From an uncultured Anaerolineaceae bacterium (GTDB lineage Bacteria; Chloroflexota; Anaerolineae; Anaerolineales; Anaerolineaceae): 64,000 nt of DNA. Of this stretch, positions 18,871 to 27,923 are shown in pieces (position 1 is the stretch's first letter; each line of letters begins with the position of its first letter). The position numbers and the translations under genes were made by a program. The notes under the pieces were generated by a model. It saw nothing but the letters and a program-made list of their open reading frames with translations. It made no database searches and was not told the origin of the DNA. The stretch spans positions 27,427 through 91,426 of the forward strand of contig CAYTHO010000008.1 in assembly GCA_964437595.1 (NCBI GenBank), written 5' to 3'.

Positions 18871-20113
18871 CCTGGGATCAAAACGCCCCGAAAGCCGTTC
18901 CGCAAATAGGGTGAAAGAACGCGAAGAGATCACCCAGCAGGTGCGAACCCGGCGGCGCAGAGAGAAAGAAAACCGGGGGAGTGGGGTTGCATCCTTTGTT
19001 CGCCTGGTGCTGCTGCTGGCCGGGATTCTGCTGTGCCTGGCATTGGCGGCTGGGGCCGCGGCCTGGGTGCTCGTGCCGCGGATGGCGGAGGAAAAGTTCG
19101 GCCCGTTCGGGGGGAACCTCAGCCCGACGCAACGGGTAATTTATTCGGCGCGCCTGCTGGCTAGCGAGGACAGCCTGCTGACGGCATTTGACGCGGAAGG
19201 GAAGAAGCGCTCATTTAACGTGGCCCTGGGCGAATCGGTTAACTCGATTGCTACCCGGCTGGAAGAGAAGCGTTTTATTCGAAATGCTGACGCGCTGCGC
19301 ACGTACCTGATCTATGCTGGCCTGGATACAGGCGTGCAGGCGGGCGCTTACCAGCTCAGCCCGGCGATGACGGCGGTGCAGATCGCGCACGAACTGCAGG
19401 ACGCTGTACCCGAGGAAGTGACGTTTATTATTCTGCCCGGCTGGCGGGCGGAGGAAATCGCCGCCGCGCTGCCGACTTCGGGGCTGAGTATTTCGGAGGA
19501 GGAATTTCTCCAGGTGGTGCGCAATCCGCCAGATGAAATTGTTCCGGAGGGGGTCCCGAAAACAACAGGCCTGGAGGGCTATCTTCTGCCAGGGGAGTAT
19601 CAGGTCAAGCGCGATACTACCGTGCAGAAGCTGGTGGCGTTGTTTGTGAGGCGGTTTAATGAGACCGCCGGAGCGGAGCTGAGCCAGGCCTTCAGCGCCC
19701 TGGGGCTGGATTTAAACGAAGCCGTGATTCTGGCCTCCATTGTCGAGCGCGAGGCGGTGGTAGCGGATGAGCAGCCGATGATTGCCTCGGTATTTTTCAA
19801 CCGCATCCAGAATGGCATGAAGCTGGAAAGCGACCCAACGGTTCAGTACGCGCTCGGGTATGATCCGGTCAAGCAGACCTGGTGGAAGAATCCGCTTTCA
19901 GCGCAAGATCTACAAGAAAATTCTCGCTATAATACATATGTGTATGCGGGGCTGCCGCCAGGGCCCATTGCCAACCCAGGCATCGAGGCGCTGCGCGCGG
20001 TGGCCTACCCCGCACAAACCGGTTATTTCTATTTTCGGGCAAAATGCGATGGGTCTGGGCGGCATGCTTTTTCGTACACTTACGATGAGCATTTGCAAAA
20101 CGCCTGCCCCTGA
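18845..20113 (+). CDS. mltG: endolytic murein transglycosylase MltG (YceG-like)
   Basis: Has an N-terminal TM anchor and the YceG domain motifs (EGYLLPGEY, LASIVEREA, VFFNRI..GM.L.SDPTV.Y, YNTY...GLPPGPI.NPG). ATG 18845 or 18851 overlaps the ruvX 3' end. The track start at 18617 lies inside ruvX. Confidence 0.9.
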   Translation: MHMNEQKPDLGSKRPESRSANRVKEREEITQQVRTRRRREKENRGSGVASFVRLVLLLAGILLCLALAAGAAAWVLVPRMAEEKFGPFGGNLSPTQRVIYSARLLASEDSLLTAFDAEGKKRSFNVALGESVNSIATRLEEKRFIRNADALRTYLIYAGLDTGVQAGAYQLSPAMTAVQIAHELQDAVPEEVTFIILPGWRAEEIAAALPTSGLSISEEEFLQVVRNPPDEIVPEGVPKTTGLEGYLLPGEYQVKRDTTVQKLVALFVRRFNETAGAELSQAFSALGLDLNEAVILASIVEREAVVADEQPMIASVFFNRIQNGMKLESDPTVQYALGYDPVKQTWWKNPLSAQDLQENSRYNTYVYAGLPPGPIANPGIEALRAVAYPAQTGYFYFRAKCDGSGRHAFSYTYDEHLQNACP

Positions 20114-20142
20114 GTTTAACTATTCAGGCGAGGAGGAGAAAA

Positions 20143-20886
20143 ATGGCTGTTTTAGGAATTGATGTAGGAGGATCGGGGATTAAAGGTGTTCCGGTCGATG
20201 TTGACTCAGGGGAATTTCTTGGAGAGCGTTTTCGCCTGCCAACGCCTGATGAAGCCAGGCCAGAGGATGTAGCGGATACCATCGCTGAGTTGGTAAAACA
20301 TTTCAATTACGAAGGGCCGATTGGAGTCGGTTTTCCGGCGGTGATCCGCGGCGGAATTGTGTACACGGCTGCCAATGTTCACGATAGCTGGATCGAAACC
20401 AACATTGAAAAACTGCTCAGTAAAAGAATTGGCTGCCCCGTTCACGCGCTCAACGATGCGGACGCGGCAGGAATGGCCGAAATGAAGTTTGGCATTGGTC
20501 GAAAGCACTCCAAAGGGGTGGTGATGATGATCACCATCGGCACCGGGCTGGGGACAGCGCTGTTCGTGGACGGCAAGCTGGTGCCCAATACCGAGCTGGG
20601 GCATATTGAAATTCGCGGCAAAGATGCCGAAACCCGCGCAACGGACGCAGCGCGGCAGCGTAAAAATATGTCTTGGGAAGAATGGGGCGGCAAATTTAAC
20701 GAGTACCTGAGCCGGTTGGAGGCGCTGTTCTGGCCTGACCTGTTTGTGCTGGGCGGCGGGACGAGCAAGTCGTTTGATAAATTCAAGCCGTACCTGAACC
20801 TGCACACGGAGGTCATCCCAGCAGAGCTGCTCAACCAGGCCGGGATTATCGGCGCGGCGCTGTACGCAGATTTGAAGGCTGGCTAA
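20143..20886 (+). CDS. ppgK: polyphosphate/ATP glucokinase (ROK family)
   Basis: LGIDVGGSGIKG..VD...G...RFR.PTP and ALNDADAAG.AE resemble actinobacterial PPGK. A GAGGAGGAG RBS is present. Confidence 0.85.
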   Translation: MAVLGIDVGGSGIKGVPVDVDSGEFLGERFRLPTPDEARPEDVADTIAELVKHFNYEGPIGVGFPAVIRGGIVYTAANVHDSWIETNIEKLLSKRIGCPVHALNDADAAGMAEMKFGIGRKHSKGVVMMITIGTGLGTALFVDGKLVPNTELGHIEIRGKDAETRATDAARQRKNMSWEEWGGKFNEYLSRLEALFWPDLFVLGGGTSKSFDKFKPYLNLHTEVIPAELLNQAGIIGAALYADLKAG

Positions 20887-20893
20887 AGCGATT

Positions 20894-21760
20894 TTATTTC
20901 TGGAGGAATGCGTCGATTGCTTCGAAATATTCCTGTTGATGGGTGATAGCGGCATCGTGGCTGGCGCCTTCGATGACGTGCATTTTTGCATTGGGGTATA
21001 GGGCCAGCATAGCCGCGCGTTTTTCGGGGGTGGCGGCGGGATCATCGCTGCCGAACAGCAGCAGAATTTGCCCTGGCCAGGTATTGAGATCGTCCGGCGT
21101 GAAGGTGTAGTTCTTGGTCTGATCCACCAGGCGGCTCATGGAGGCGATAAAATCCGCGCGCTGCATGCGCGTGTAGAGAATTTCTTTCAGGTGCGCCAGT
21201 AGAAACTGCTGGTTCGGCTGGCCTGGTTTGAACAGCTTGCCAAAGGTGCGCATCAGCATATTGCGGATCATGAAAGCAGGGAACAGGCGCAGCATGGGCA
21301 GCATTTTTTCGATTTCGCGGCTGTTTTCCGGGTTGGGCGGCCCAACGGCGGTAAGCACCATTTTCGGAATACGGTCGGGGCAGTAGCGCACCAGGGACTG
21401 TGCCATCCAGCCGCCGTAGGAACCGCCCATCAGGTTGAACTGATCTATCCCAAGGTAATCCAGCAGGCCAACAGCGCCGCTGAGCATTTCTTCCAATTTG
21501 CCGAGCGGCGGGTAGTCGGGCGCAATAACCCGGTAGCGCTGGGCCAGGTGTTGCAGGGATTGGAAAGACGTTTCGGCGATGTTGGTGCCGCCAGCCAGGA
21601 CGAGCAAGACCTGGTCCCCCGCGTCGGTATCGATATAACGCCAGGTTGTGCCCTGGATTTGAACCGTCCGATAGGGGTAGCGATTCCGGAAATCGAGCAG
21701 GTGTTTGCGCTGCGCATCCGGCACATCCGCGTAGAAGCGGTCAATTTTCAATGGATCCAT
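20894..21760 (-). CDS. alpha/beta-fold hydrolase
   Basis: Contains the nucleophile-elbow-like motif LMGGSYGG, plus LLLFGSDD...ASHD. ATG 21760 has a GAGGAGGG RBS; the track start at 21787 overlaps the upstream gene. Confidence 0.75.
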   Translation of the reverse strand: MDPLKIDRFYADVPDAQRKHLLDFRNRYPYRTVQIQGTTWRYIDTDAGDQVLLVLAGGTNIAETSFQSLQHLAQRYRVIAPDYPPLGKLEEMLSGAVGLLDYLGIDQFNLMGGSYGGWMAQSLVRYCPDRIPKMVLTAVGPPNPENSREIEKMLPMLRLFPAFMIRNMLMRTFGKLFKPGQPNQQFLLAHLKEILYTRMQRADFIASMSRLVDQTKNYTFTPDDLNTWPGQILLLFGSDDPAATPEKRAAMLALYPNAKMHVIEGASHDAAITHQQEYFEAIDAFLQK

Positions 21761-21773
21761 TAAAATCCCTCCT

Positions 21774-23234
21774 CTAACCACCTCCACCTACGCCGCCGGC
21801 AATGCCGCCTTCCGTGAGGCGGCGCAGGTTGCCGAGAGTGCTGATGACTTCTTCCGCGGTAACCAGGCGATCGTCGTCGCGGTGTTTGAGCAAACCCTGG
21901 TTGATTTTTTCCAGGGCAACTTCCTGGATGGTGATATTGCGGGCCAGGGCTTCCTTCACCAGGGCAGCGCCGGCGCTGTAGCCGATCAACGGGTTGAGCG
22001 CGGTCACAACAATGGCATTGCGCGCCAGCCAACCCTCGGCCTTTTCGCGGTTGGCCTGCACGCCAGTCACGCATTTTTCAGTGAAAGCGCTGACCGACCC
22101 AATGACCACCTGCATCATCTCGAATAGGTTGTGGGCGATGATCGGCATCATTACATTCAATTCAAGCTGCCCGGCCTGGGCCGCGAGCGCAACGGTCGTG
22201 TCGCAGCCGATCACGTGGAACATGGCCATGTCGAGCATTTCCGCCAGGACGGGGTTGACCTTGCCGGGCATGATGCTCGACCCGGGCTGTACTGCCGGGA
22301 GGCGCAACTCGTCCAACCCGGTGGATGGCCCGGAGGCCAGCAGGCGGAAATCGTTGGCAATGCGCACCAGGGTCACCGCCAGAGTGCGGATCGCGGCGGA
22401 GAAATCCACGGCGTCGGCCAGGGACTGCATGCCCTCGAACAGGTTGTCTGATTCGGTGAGGGGAATGCCGGAGATTTCGGACATGCGCCAGACCATGCGC
22501 GCATGGTATTCCGGATGGGCGTTCAGGCCGGTGCCGGTGGCGGTTCCGCCAATGGGCATCCGGCGCAGTCCATCGGCGGCGCGGCGGATGCGCTCCGCGT
22601 CGCGCTCGACGGCCTTCGCATAGCCACTGAATTCCTGGCCCAGGCGTACGGGCACGGCATCCTGTAAATGCGTGCGGCCCGATTTGACAATATCATCAAA
22701 TTCGATGGACTTTTGATGCAAGGCAGCCGCTAAATCATAAACTGTACAAAGCAGCTCTTCCAACCTCCATAACGCGCCCAGGCGAATGGCGGTGGGGATG
22801 GTATCGTTGGTGGACTGGGACATATTGACGTGATCATTGGGGTTCACGCGATACTCACCAAGATTCCCGCCCAAGATCTGAGTCGCACGGTTGGCGATCA
22901 CCTCGTTGGTGTTCATGTTGTGACTGGTGCCAGCGCCGGCCTGGAAGGGGTCGACGACAAACTGGTCATCCCACTTCCCTTCCATGACTTCGGTGGCAGC
23001 CTGGGAGATGGCATCTGCCAGCGCGGGGTCGAGCAAGCCCAGGTCGCGGTGGACTTCGGCTGCCGCGCGCTTGACGAGCGCCATGGACAAGATAAAGGCT
23101 CGCCAGGGGCGCAGCCCGGAGATGGGGAAGTTCAGAACGGCGCGCTGTGTCTGAGCGCCGTATAAGGCCAGGGAAGGTACGCGCACTTCACCCAGTGAGT
23201 CGCGCTCAGTGCGGTACGTAACCGGTTCGCTCAC
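21774..23234 (-). CDS. aspA: aspartate ammonia-lyase (class II fumarase/aspartase superfamily)
   Basis: Carries the signature GSSIMPGKVNPV, plus GRTHLQDAVP and GQLELNVM. The pattern NPV...E.. matches Bacillus-type aspartases better than FumC (NPTQ). GTG start with a GAGGTGAT RBS. Confidence 0.8.
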   Translation of the reverse strand: MSEPVTYRTERDSLGEVRVPSLALYGAQTQRAVLNFPISGLRPWRAFILSMALVKRAAAEVHRDLGLLDPALADAISQAATEVMEGKWDDQFVVDPFQAGAGTSHNMNTNEVIANRATQILGGNLGEYRVNPNDHVNMSQSTNDTIPTAIRLGALWRLEELLCTVYDLAAALHQKSIEFDDIVKSGRTHLQDAVPVRLGQEFSGYAKAVERDAERIRRAADGLRRMPIGGTATGTGLNAHPEYHARMVWRMSEISGIPLTESDNLFEGMQSLADAVDFSAAIRTLAVTLVRIANDFRLLASGPSTGLDELRLPAVQPGSSIMPGKVNPVLAEMLDMAMFHVIGCDTTVALAAQAGQLELNVMMPIIAHNLFEMMQVVIGSVSAFTEKCVTGVQANREKAEGWLARNAIVVTALNPLIGYSAGAALVKEALARNITIQEVALEKINQGLLKHRDDDRLVTAEEVISTLGNLRRLTEGGIAGGVGGGG

Positions 23235-23279
23235 AGATCACCTCATTTCGATCGCAGTTCGAAAGGCATTGATATATTG

Positions 23280-23327
23280 AGCACAAACGTGCTTGAAGCA
23301 CAATAGTGCTTGAGGCACATACGTGCT
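23280..23327. repeat. three tandem 17-bp units, each containing a GCAC-N4-GTGC palindrome
   Basis: aGCACaaacGTGCt (23280-23293), aaGCACaataGTGCtt (23296-23311) and GCACatacGTGC (23315-23326). The period is exactly 17 bp. The array lies between the ferredoxin terminator and the aspA start. Confidence 0.6.
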
Positions 23328-23330
23328 CGG

Positions 23331-23365
23331 GAAAAAAAGAGGAAGTCAGGTTTTTCGACTTCCTC
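23331..23365 (-). terminator. Rho-independent terminator of the ferredoxin gene
   Basis: Read on the minus strand it is GAGGAAGUC-9 nt loop-GACUUCCUC followed by CUUUUUUUC. It starts 23 nt after the ferredoxin TAA. Confidence 0.7.
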
Positions 23366-23387
23366 ATGGGGTGTATCCAGCAGGATA

Positions 23388-23795
23388 TTACGCGGCGGAA
23401 TAACCGGGGCCTGACTGGTAGTAGTCGTAGTTGGATTGGATGTCTTTCGTCAGGTCAAGTTTTTCACCGGCAGAGAGCGTATGGGTCGCTTCCAGGTGAA
23501 CCGGCTCGCCTTCATGGTTGGTGCCATCGTAAACTTCGGCGTACCCGGCTGTACCAACAGGCATGGACTGCACTTCACCACCCTTGGCTGTATAGGCTGC
23601 GGGAACTTCGTCTTCGGGGAAAATCGCCATATACGGGCACTCGGGAACGCACGCTCCGCAGTCGATGCAGGTGTCAGGATCGATATAGTACCAGGGCCAC
23701 TCTTCCTGGGGCTTACCGGGCACGATACATTCTACCGGACAGACGGTTACACAACCCCCGTCGCGCAGGCACAAGCTGGTGATGATATGAGTCAT
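23388..23795 (-). CDS. 4Fe-4S ferredoxin
   Basis: Has two cluster motifs, CLRDGGCVTVCP and CIDCGACVPECP. 135 aa with a C-terminal extension. Confidence 0.85.
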   Translation of the reverse strand: MTHIITSLCLRDGGCVTVCPVECIVPGKPQEEWPWYYIDPDTCIDCGACVPECPYMAIFPEDEVPAAYTAKGGEVQSMPVGTAGYAEVYDGTNHEGEPVHLEATHTLSAGEKLDLTKDIQSNYDYYQSGPGYSAA

Positions 23796-24007
23796 AGAAA
23801 CCCTCCTGGTTTGCTATAATGCATCTGCGTACCCGGGCAGACTGATCGCACGCACCGACACCGGGTACCATGCTGTTTGTTAATTATTATATGCATTTGG
23901 CGTAAATTACAAGAGTAATCGGTGATTGTATATAGGGTATGGGTAGATCTGTGCCAGGGGAATGCACTGCCTGGTGTGCGGAGAACGCGCTTTGGGAGGT
24001 ATGACGG

Positions 24008-25015
24008 TTGAGTAATCGGGTAGAGAAAGAACACCGCGTGCTGCCGGAGGTGCGGCTGCCTCCGCTGGTGGTTTTATTCGCGGGTATTTTAATCGTTTCC
24101 ACCGCTTCCATTTTCATCCGGTTCGCGCAGCGGGAGGCCTCATCGTTGGTGATCGCGGCATACCGCCTGTCGCTGGCGGCGCTGATCTTGCTGCCCATCG
24201 CGCTGGCCGGGCACCGCGACGAGCTCAAACACCTGACGCACAGGCAGGTGACGCTGGTGGTGGTGTCGGGGGGATTCCTGGCGATTCATTTCGCCACCTG
24301 GATCTCTTCGCTGGAATATACCACGGTCGCCAGCTCGGTGGTGCTGGTAACAACCTCGCCGCTGTGGGTAGCGCTGCTTTCGCCGCTGGTACTGCGCGAA
24401 CGGCCCTCGCGAATGGTGGCGGCGGGGATGCTGGTGGCGCTGGTGGGCGGGATGCTGGTGGGAATGAGCGAGGCGTGCCAGATTGAAGCAGGCGCCATCG
24501 CCTGCCCGCCGGCGAGCGTTTTCTTTCAGGGAAAGGCCTTCCTGGGGAATTTGCTGGCGCTGGCGGGCGCGCTGTGCGCGGCGGCTTACCTGCTGGTGGG
24601 CCGCTTCCTGCGCCCGACCATGTCTTTGGTCGTGTACATCTTTACGGTATACGGCATGGCCGCGGTGATTCTGGCAGGCATGGCACTGTTTTCCGGCCAA
24701 CCGCTGGCCGGGTTTTCACTTCCCATATTCCTATTCTTCCTGGCCCTGGCGGTGGGGCCGCAGTTATTGGGGCATACTTCATTCAACTACAGCCTGCGCT
24801 ACCTTTCCGCGGCATTCGTTTCGGTCGCACTGCTGGGCGAGCCGATTGGCTCGGCACTGCTGGCGCTGGTGATTCTGAAAGAAATCCCGACCACGCTGGA
24901 GGTGGTCGGGGGTGTGGTGATCTTGGTCGGAATTTACCTGGCCGCCAGGGGGCAGCAAGAGGAAGATCCATTGAAAACAGCGAATGAGAAAGCGGACAGC
25001 GATGTGGTTGTCTAG
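24008..25015 (+). CDS. EamA/DMT-family transporter
   Basis: Has ten predicted TM helices in two repeated EamA halves. Start codon is TTG per the track; the exact start is uncertain. Confidence 0.8.
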   Translation: MSNRVEKEHRVLPEVRLPPLVVLFAGILIVSTASIFIRFAQREASSLVIAAYRLSLAALILLPIALAGHRDELKHLTHRQVTLVVVSGGFLAIHFATWISSLEYTTVASSVVLVTTSPLWVALLSPLVLRERPSRMVAAGMLVALVGGMLVGMSEACQIEAGAIACPPASVFFQGKAFLGNLLALAGALCAAAYLLVGRFLRPTMSLVVYIFTVYGMAAVILAGMALFSGQPLAGFSLPIFLFFLALAVGPQLLGHTSFNYSLRYLSAAFVSVALLGEPIGSALLALVILKEIPTTLEVVGGVVILVGIYLAARGQQEEDPLKTANEKADSDVVV

Positions 25016-25037
25016 GTCTAGTCGAATGAGAAACGAG

Positions 25038-26594
25038 TTACGCCATATCCTTCGCTTTGGGGCTGACCTTGATGGCCTTGCCTGGTTCTGCCAATTCTTG
25101 ACCGAGCATGCGGCTGTAAAGGAAGTTGGTTTCGCGAATTCGGGCGGACAGCTTTTCATTCATCTGTTCGGGTAAAACTCGCCAGCTCCAATTGCCGCCC
25201 AGCCGCCCAGGCAGGTTCATGCGCGCCTCGGTGTCCAGGCTGAGGAAGTCTTGCATGGGGGCCAGGGTGAAGGCCGCCACGGAAGACCATACGGCGCGGA
25301 TCATATCCCAGGCGATATCCTCTGCGGGGCGAGCCAGGTAGCGGCGGCAGAAATCGCGCTCTTTTTCCGGCGCGGCCTTGTACCAGCCGACACTGGTGTC
25401 GTTATCGTGGGTGCCCGTGTAGGCCACGCAGTTGACCGGGTAGTTGTGCGGTAGGAAGGGGTCATCCGGGTCGGTTTGGAAGGCGAACTGGAGAATTTTC
25501 ATCCCGGGCAGGCCCAGGTTTTCGCGCAGCTCGATCACGTCGGGAGTGATCTCGCCCAGGTCTTCGGCGATAATGGGCAGGTCTTTCAGCGCCTCGCGGA
25601 TGGCGATGAAGAGGCTTTCCCCGGGGCCGGGCGCCCAGCGGCCCACTTCGGCGGTGGGCATACCGGCGGGAATTTCCCAATAGCCGGCGAAGCCGCGGAA
25701 ATGATCCAGGCGAATGATATCGTACAGCTTGAGCGTCGCGCGGATGCGCTCGATCCACCAGGCGTACCCGGTTTCTTTATGGATATCCCATTGGTAGATG
25801 GGGTTGCCCCACAGTTGACCGGTAGGGGAGAAATAATCTGGCGGAACACCGGCTACGAAGGTGGGCTGCCCGGCTTTATCCATGAAGAACAGATGGCGGT
25901 TGGCCCAGGCATCCGCGCTGTCGAAGGCAACGAAGATAGGGATATCGCCAACGATCTGGATGCCCAGCGAGTTGGTGTAAGCATGCAGCTTGGTCCACTG
26001 GCGGAAGAAGAGGAACTGGCGGAAAATATGGCGCTTGATATCTTCGGAGTGTTCCGCGTTGAATTTCTGAAGTGCCTTCTCGTCGCGCATGCGCAGCGGC
26101 TTCGGCCAAGAAATCCATCCCTGCATGCCCTGAGATTCTTTAATGGCCATAAACAGCGCGAAATCATCCAGCCAACTGGCCTCGCTGGCCTGGAATTGGG
26201 CCAGCTCGCGCTTGATCTCAGGGGAAGCGGCTTTTTCAAAGCGGGCAAAAGCGCGGTCGAGCAGTTTGAGCTTCCATTGGATAACCGGACCATAATCGAC
26301 CCGATCAGGCGGGAAATCGGGGCGGTCGGCCAGGTCGGCGGCATCCAGCAGATCATCTTCCAGCAGCAGCGCCGGGCTGATCAGGTAGGGGTTTCCGGCA
26401 AAGGCGGAGAAGCTCTGGTACGGCGAGTCGCCGTAGCCGGTGGGGCTCAATGGGAGCAGCTGCCACAACCCCAGACCGCATTCTTTGATGAAATTCACCC
26501 ACCGGTAGGCCTCTGGGCCGAGATCGCCAATGCCATCGGGGCCGGGCAGGCTGGTAGGATGCAAGATAATACCCGAGGACCTAGTAAACTTCAT
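25038..26594 (-). CDS. malQ: 4-alpha-glucanotransferase (amylomaltase, GH77)
   Basis: The N-terminus [26 protein letters not shown]......G.W.LLPL.PTGYGDSPYQSFSAFAGNP is typical of MalQ. The start overlaps the glgC 3' end by 14 nt. Confidence 0.92.
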   Translation of the reverse strand: MKFTRSSGIILHPTSLPGPDGIGDLGPEAYRWVNFIKECGLGLWQLLPLSPTGYGDSPYQSFSAFAGNPYLISPALLLEDDLLDAADLADRPDFPPDRVDYGPVIQWKLKLLDRAFARFEKAASPEIKRELAQFQASEASWLDDFALFMAIKESQGMQGWISWPKPLRMRDEKALQKFNAEHSEDIKRHIFRQFLFFRQWTKLHAYTNSLGIQIVGDIPIFVAFDSADAWANRHLFFMDKAGQPTFVAGVPPDYFSPTGQLWGNPIYQWDIHKETGYAWWIERIRATLKLYDIIRLDHFRGFAGYWEIPAGMPTAEVGRWAPGPGESLFIAIREALKDLPIIAEDLGEITPDVIELRENLGLPGMKILQFAFQTDPDDPFLPHNYPVNCVAYTGTHDNDTSVGWYKAAPEKERDFCRRYLARPAEDIAWDMIRAVWSSVAAFTLAPMQDFLSLDTEARMNLPGRLGGNWSWRVLPEQMNEKLSARIRETNFLYSRMLGQELAEPGKAIKVSPKAKDMA

Positions 26595-27840
26595 TGGGTA
26601 ACCTCCGTGTTTGAATATACATTCCTGAGCGAATAATTTCGCTGGAGAAGTCCGAGACGACTACGTCAACCCCAATGGATGCGCCGGGCTGCACAACCAG
26701 GTGCGGGGGCAAGATGGAATTTTTACCGATCATTGGGATGGATGTGGCATCGACATTCAGGTCGCCGATGATCGAGTTTTCACCAATGCTGACCCGTTTG
26801 TCTAAAATCGCCCGTTCGATGCGCGCGCCCCGGCCAATGGTAGTATCGGTGAGCAAAATGGATTCTTGAACGATGCTTCCGGAGCTAACATACACGCCCG
26901 GAGATAGGATGCTGCGGATCACCTGGGCGCCAGGCTCGACCACGCAGCCATCACAGACCATGCTGTCTTCCACAATGGCACCGCGCATTACCTTGGCCGG
27001 TGGGCGTTCCTCGGTACGGGTGTGCAGCACCCACGAACGGTCATACAGGTTAATGGGGGGTGGGTTATTGAGCAGGTCCATGTGCGAGCGCCAGTAGGAG
27101 GTGACCGTGCCGACATCCACCCAATAGCCCTCGTATGGGTAGGCGTATACATGCGCGCCCGAATTAATCATGTTTGGGAGGATATCTTTGCCAAAGTCGT
27201 GCGAAGAGTCCTGGCGCAGGTGATCTTCCCACAGGGCGGCATCCAGAGTGCGCAGGTTGAACAGGTAGACCCCCATATTGACCAGGTTGGATTGTGGGTC
27301 GGAGGGCTTTTCGGTAAAGGAGGTGATCCGGTGGTTTGCGTCAATCGTGACGATGCCAAAGCGTGAGGCTTCTTCGATGGGAACGGCAATCGTGCTCATG
27401 GTCACGTCGGCGCCATGGCTGATGTGGAAATCGACCATCGCGGTGTAGTCCATGGTATAGATGTGATCGCCGCCCAGTACCAGCACGTAATCGGGGTTGC
27501 CCCGTTTGATGAACGAAAAGTTCTGCTGAACGGCATCACCGGTGCCGACAAACCAACTGGCCGCGCGAGAGCGGAACGGGGTATAAATGCGGATTCCACC
27601 GGTAAAGTCACGGTTAAGGTCCCAGGGGCCACCTGCCCCGATATGCTCGATCAGGGAATGCGGGCGGTATTGGGCCATGATCATAACGTCAAAGATATTG
27701 GAGTTCACGCAGTTGGAAAGCGGAAAATCAATAAGGCGGTACTTGCCGCCAAATGGAACCGCAGGTTTTGCCCGTTTGGCGGTAAGTACGCCTAAGCGTG
27801 TGCCCTCGCCCCCTGCCAGAATAATCGAGCGGATCTTCAT
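26581..27840 (-). CDS. glgC: glucose-1-phosphate adenylyltransferase
   Basis: [41 protein letters not shown] plus a C-terminal left-handed beta-helix. Confidence 0.92.
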   Translation of the reverse strand: MKIRSIILAGGEGTRLGVLTAKRAKPAVPFGGKYRLIDFPLSNCVNSNIFDVMIMAQYRPHSLIEHIGAGGPWDLNRDFTGGIRIYTPFRSRAASWFVGTGDAVQQNFSFIKRGNPDYVLVLGGDHIYTMDYTAMVDFHISHGADVTMSTIAVPIEEASRFGIVTIDANHRITSFTEKPSDPQSNLVNMGVYLFNLRTLDAALWEDHLRQDSSHDFGKDILPNMINSGAHVYAYPYEGYWVDVGTVTSYWRSHMDLLNNPPPINLYDRSWVLHTRTEERPPAKVMRGAIVEDSMVCDGCVVEPGAQVIRSILSPGVYVSSGSIVQESILLTDTTIGRGARIERAILDKRVSIGENSIIGDLNVDATSIPMIGKNSILPPHLVVQPGASIGVDVVVSDFSSEIIRSGMYIQTRRLPNEVY

Positions 27841-27923
27841 GGCAATTACTCCTGTATTATGGTGAACATTGATCGGTGAAGCGGCAATCGTTCACTACAC
27901 AAAATTACCTATGTAATGGAGAA

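Noticed and set aside
20206-21045. A 279-aa minus-strand ORF overlapping ppgK and the hydrolase gene
   Set aside because: It is antisense to ppgK, which has clear ROK motifs, and it bridges two convergent genes. It has no motif.
25476-26636. A 386-aa plus-strand ORF opposite malQ, and a 356-aa minus-strand ORF (37490-38560) opposite the acyl-CoA ligase
   Set aside because: Both are antisense shadows of genes with strong family signatures. Their composition is typical of out-of-frame GC-rich sequence.
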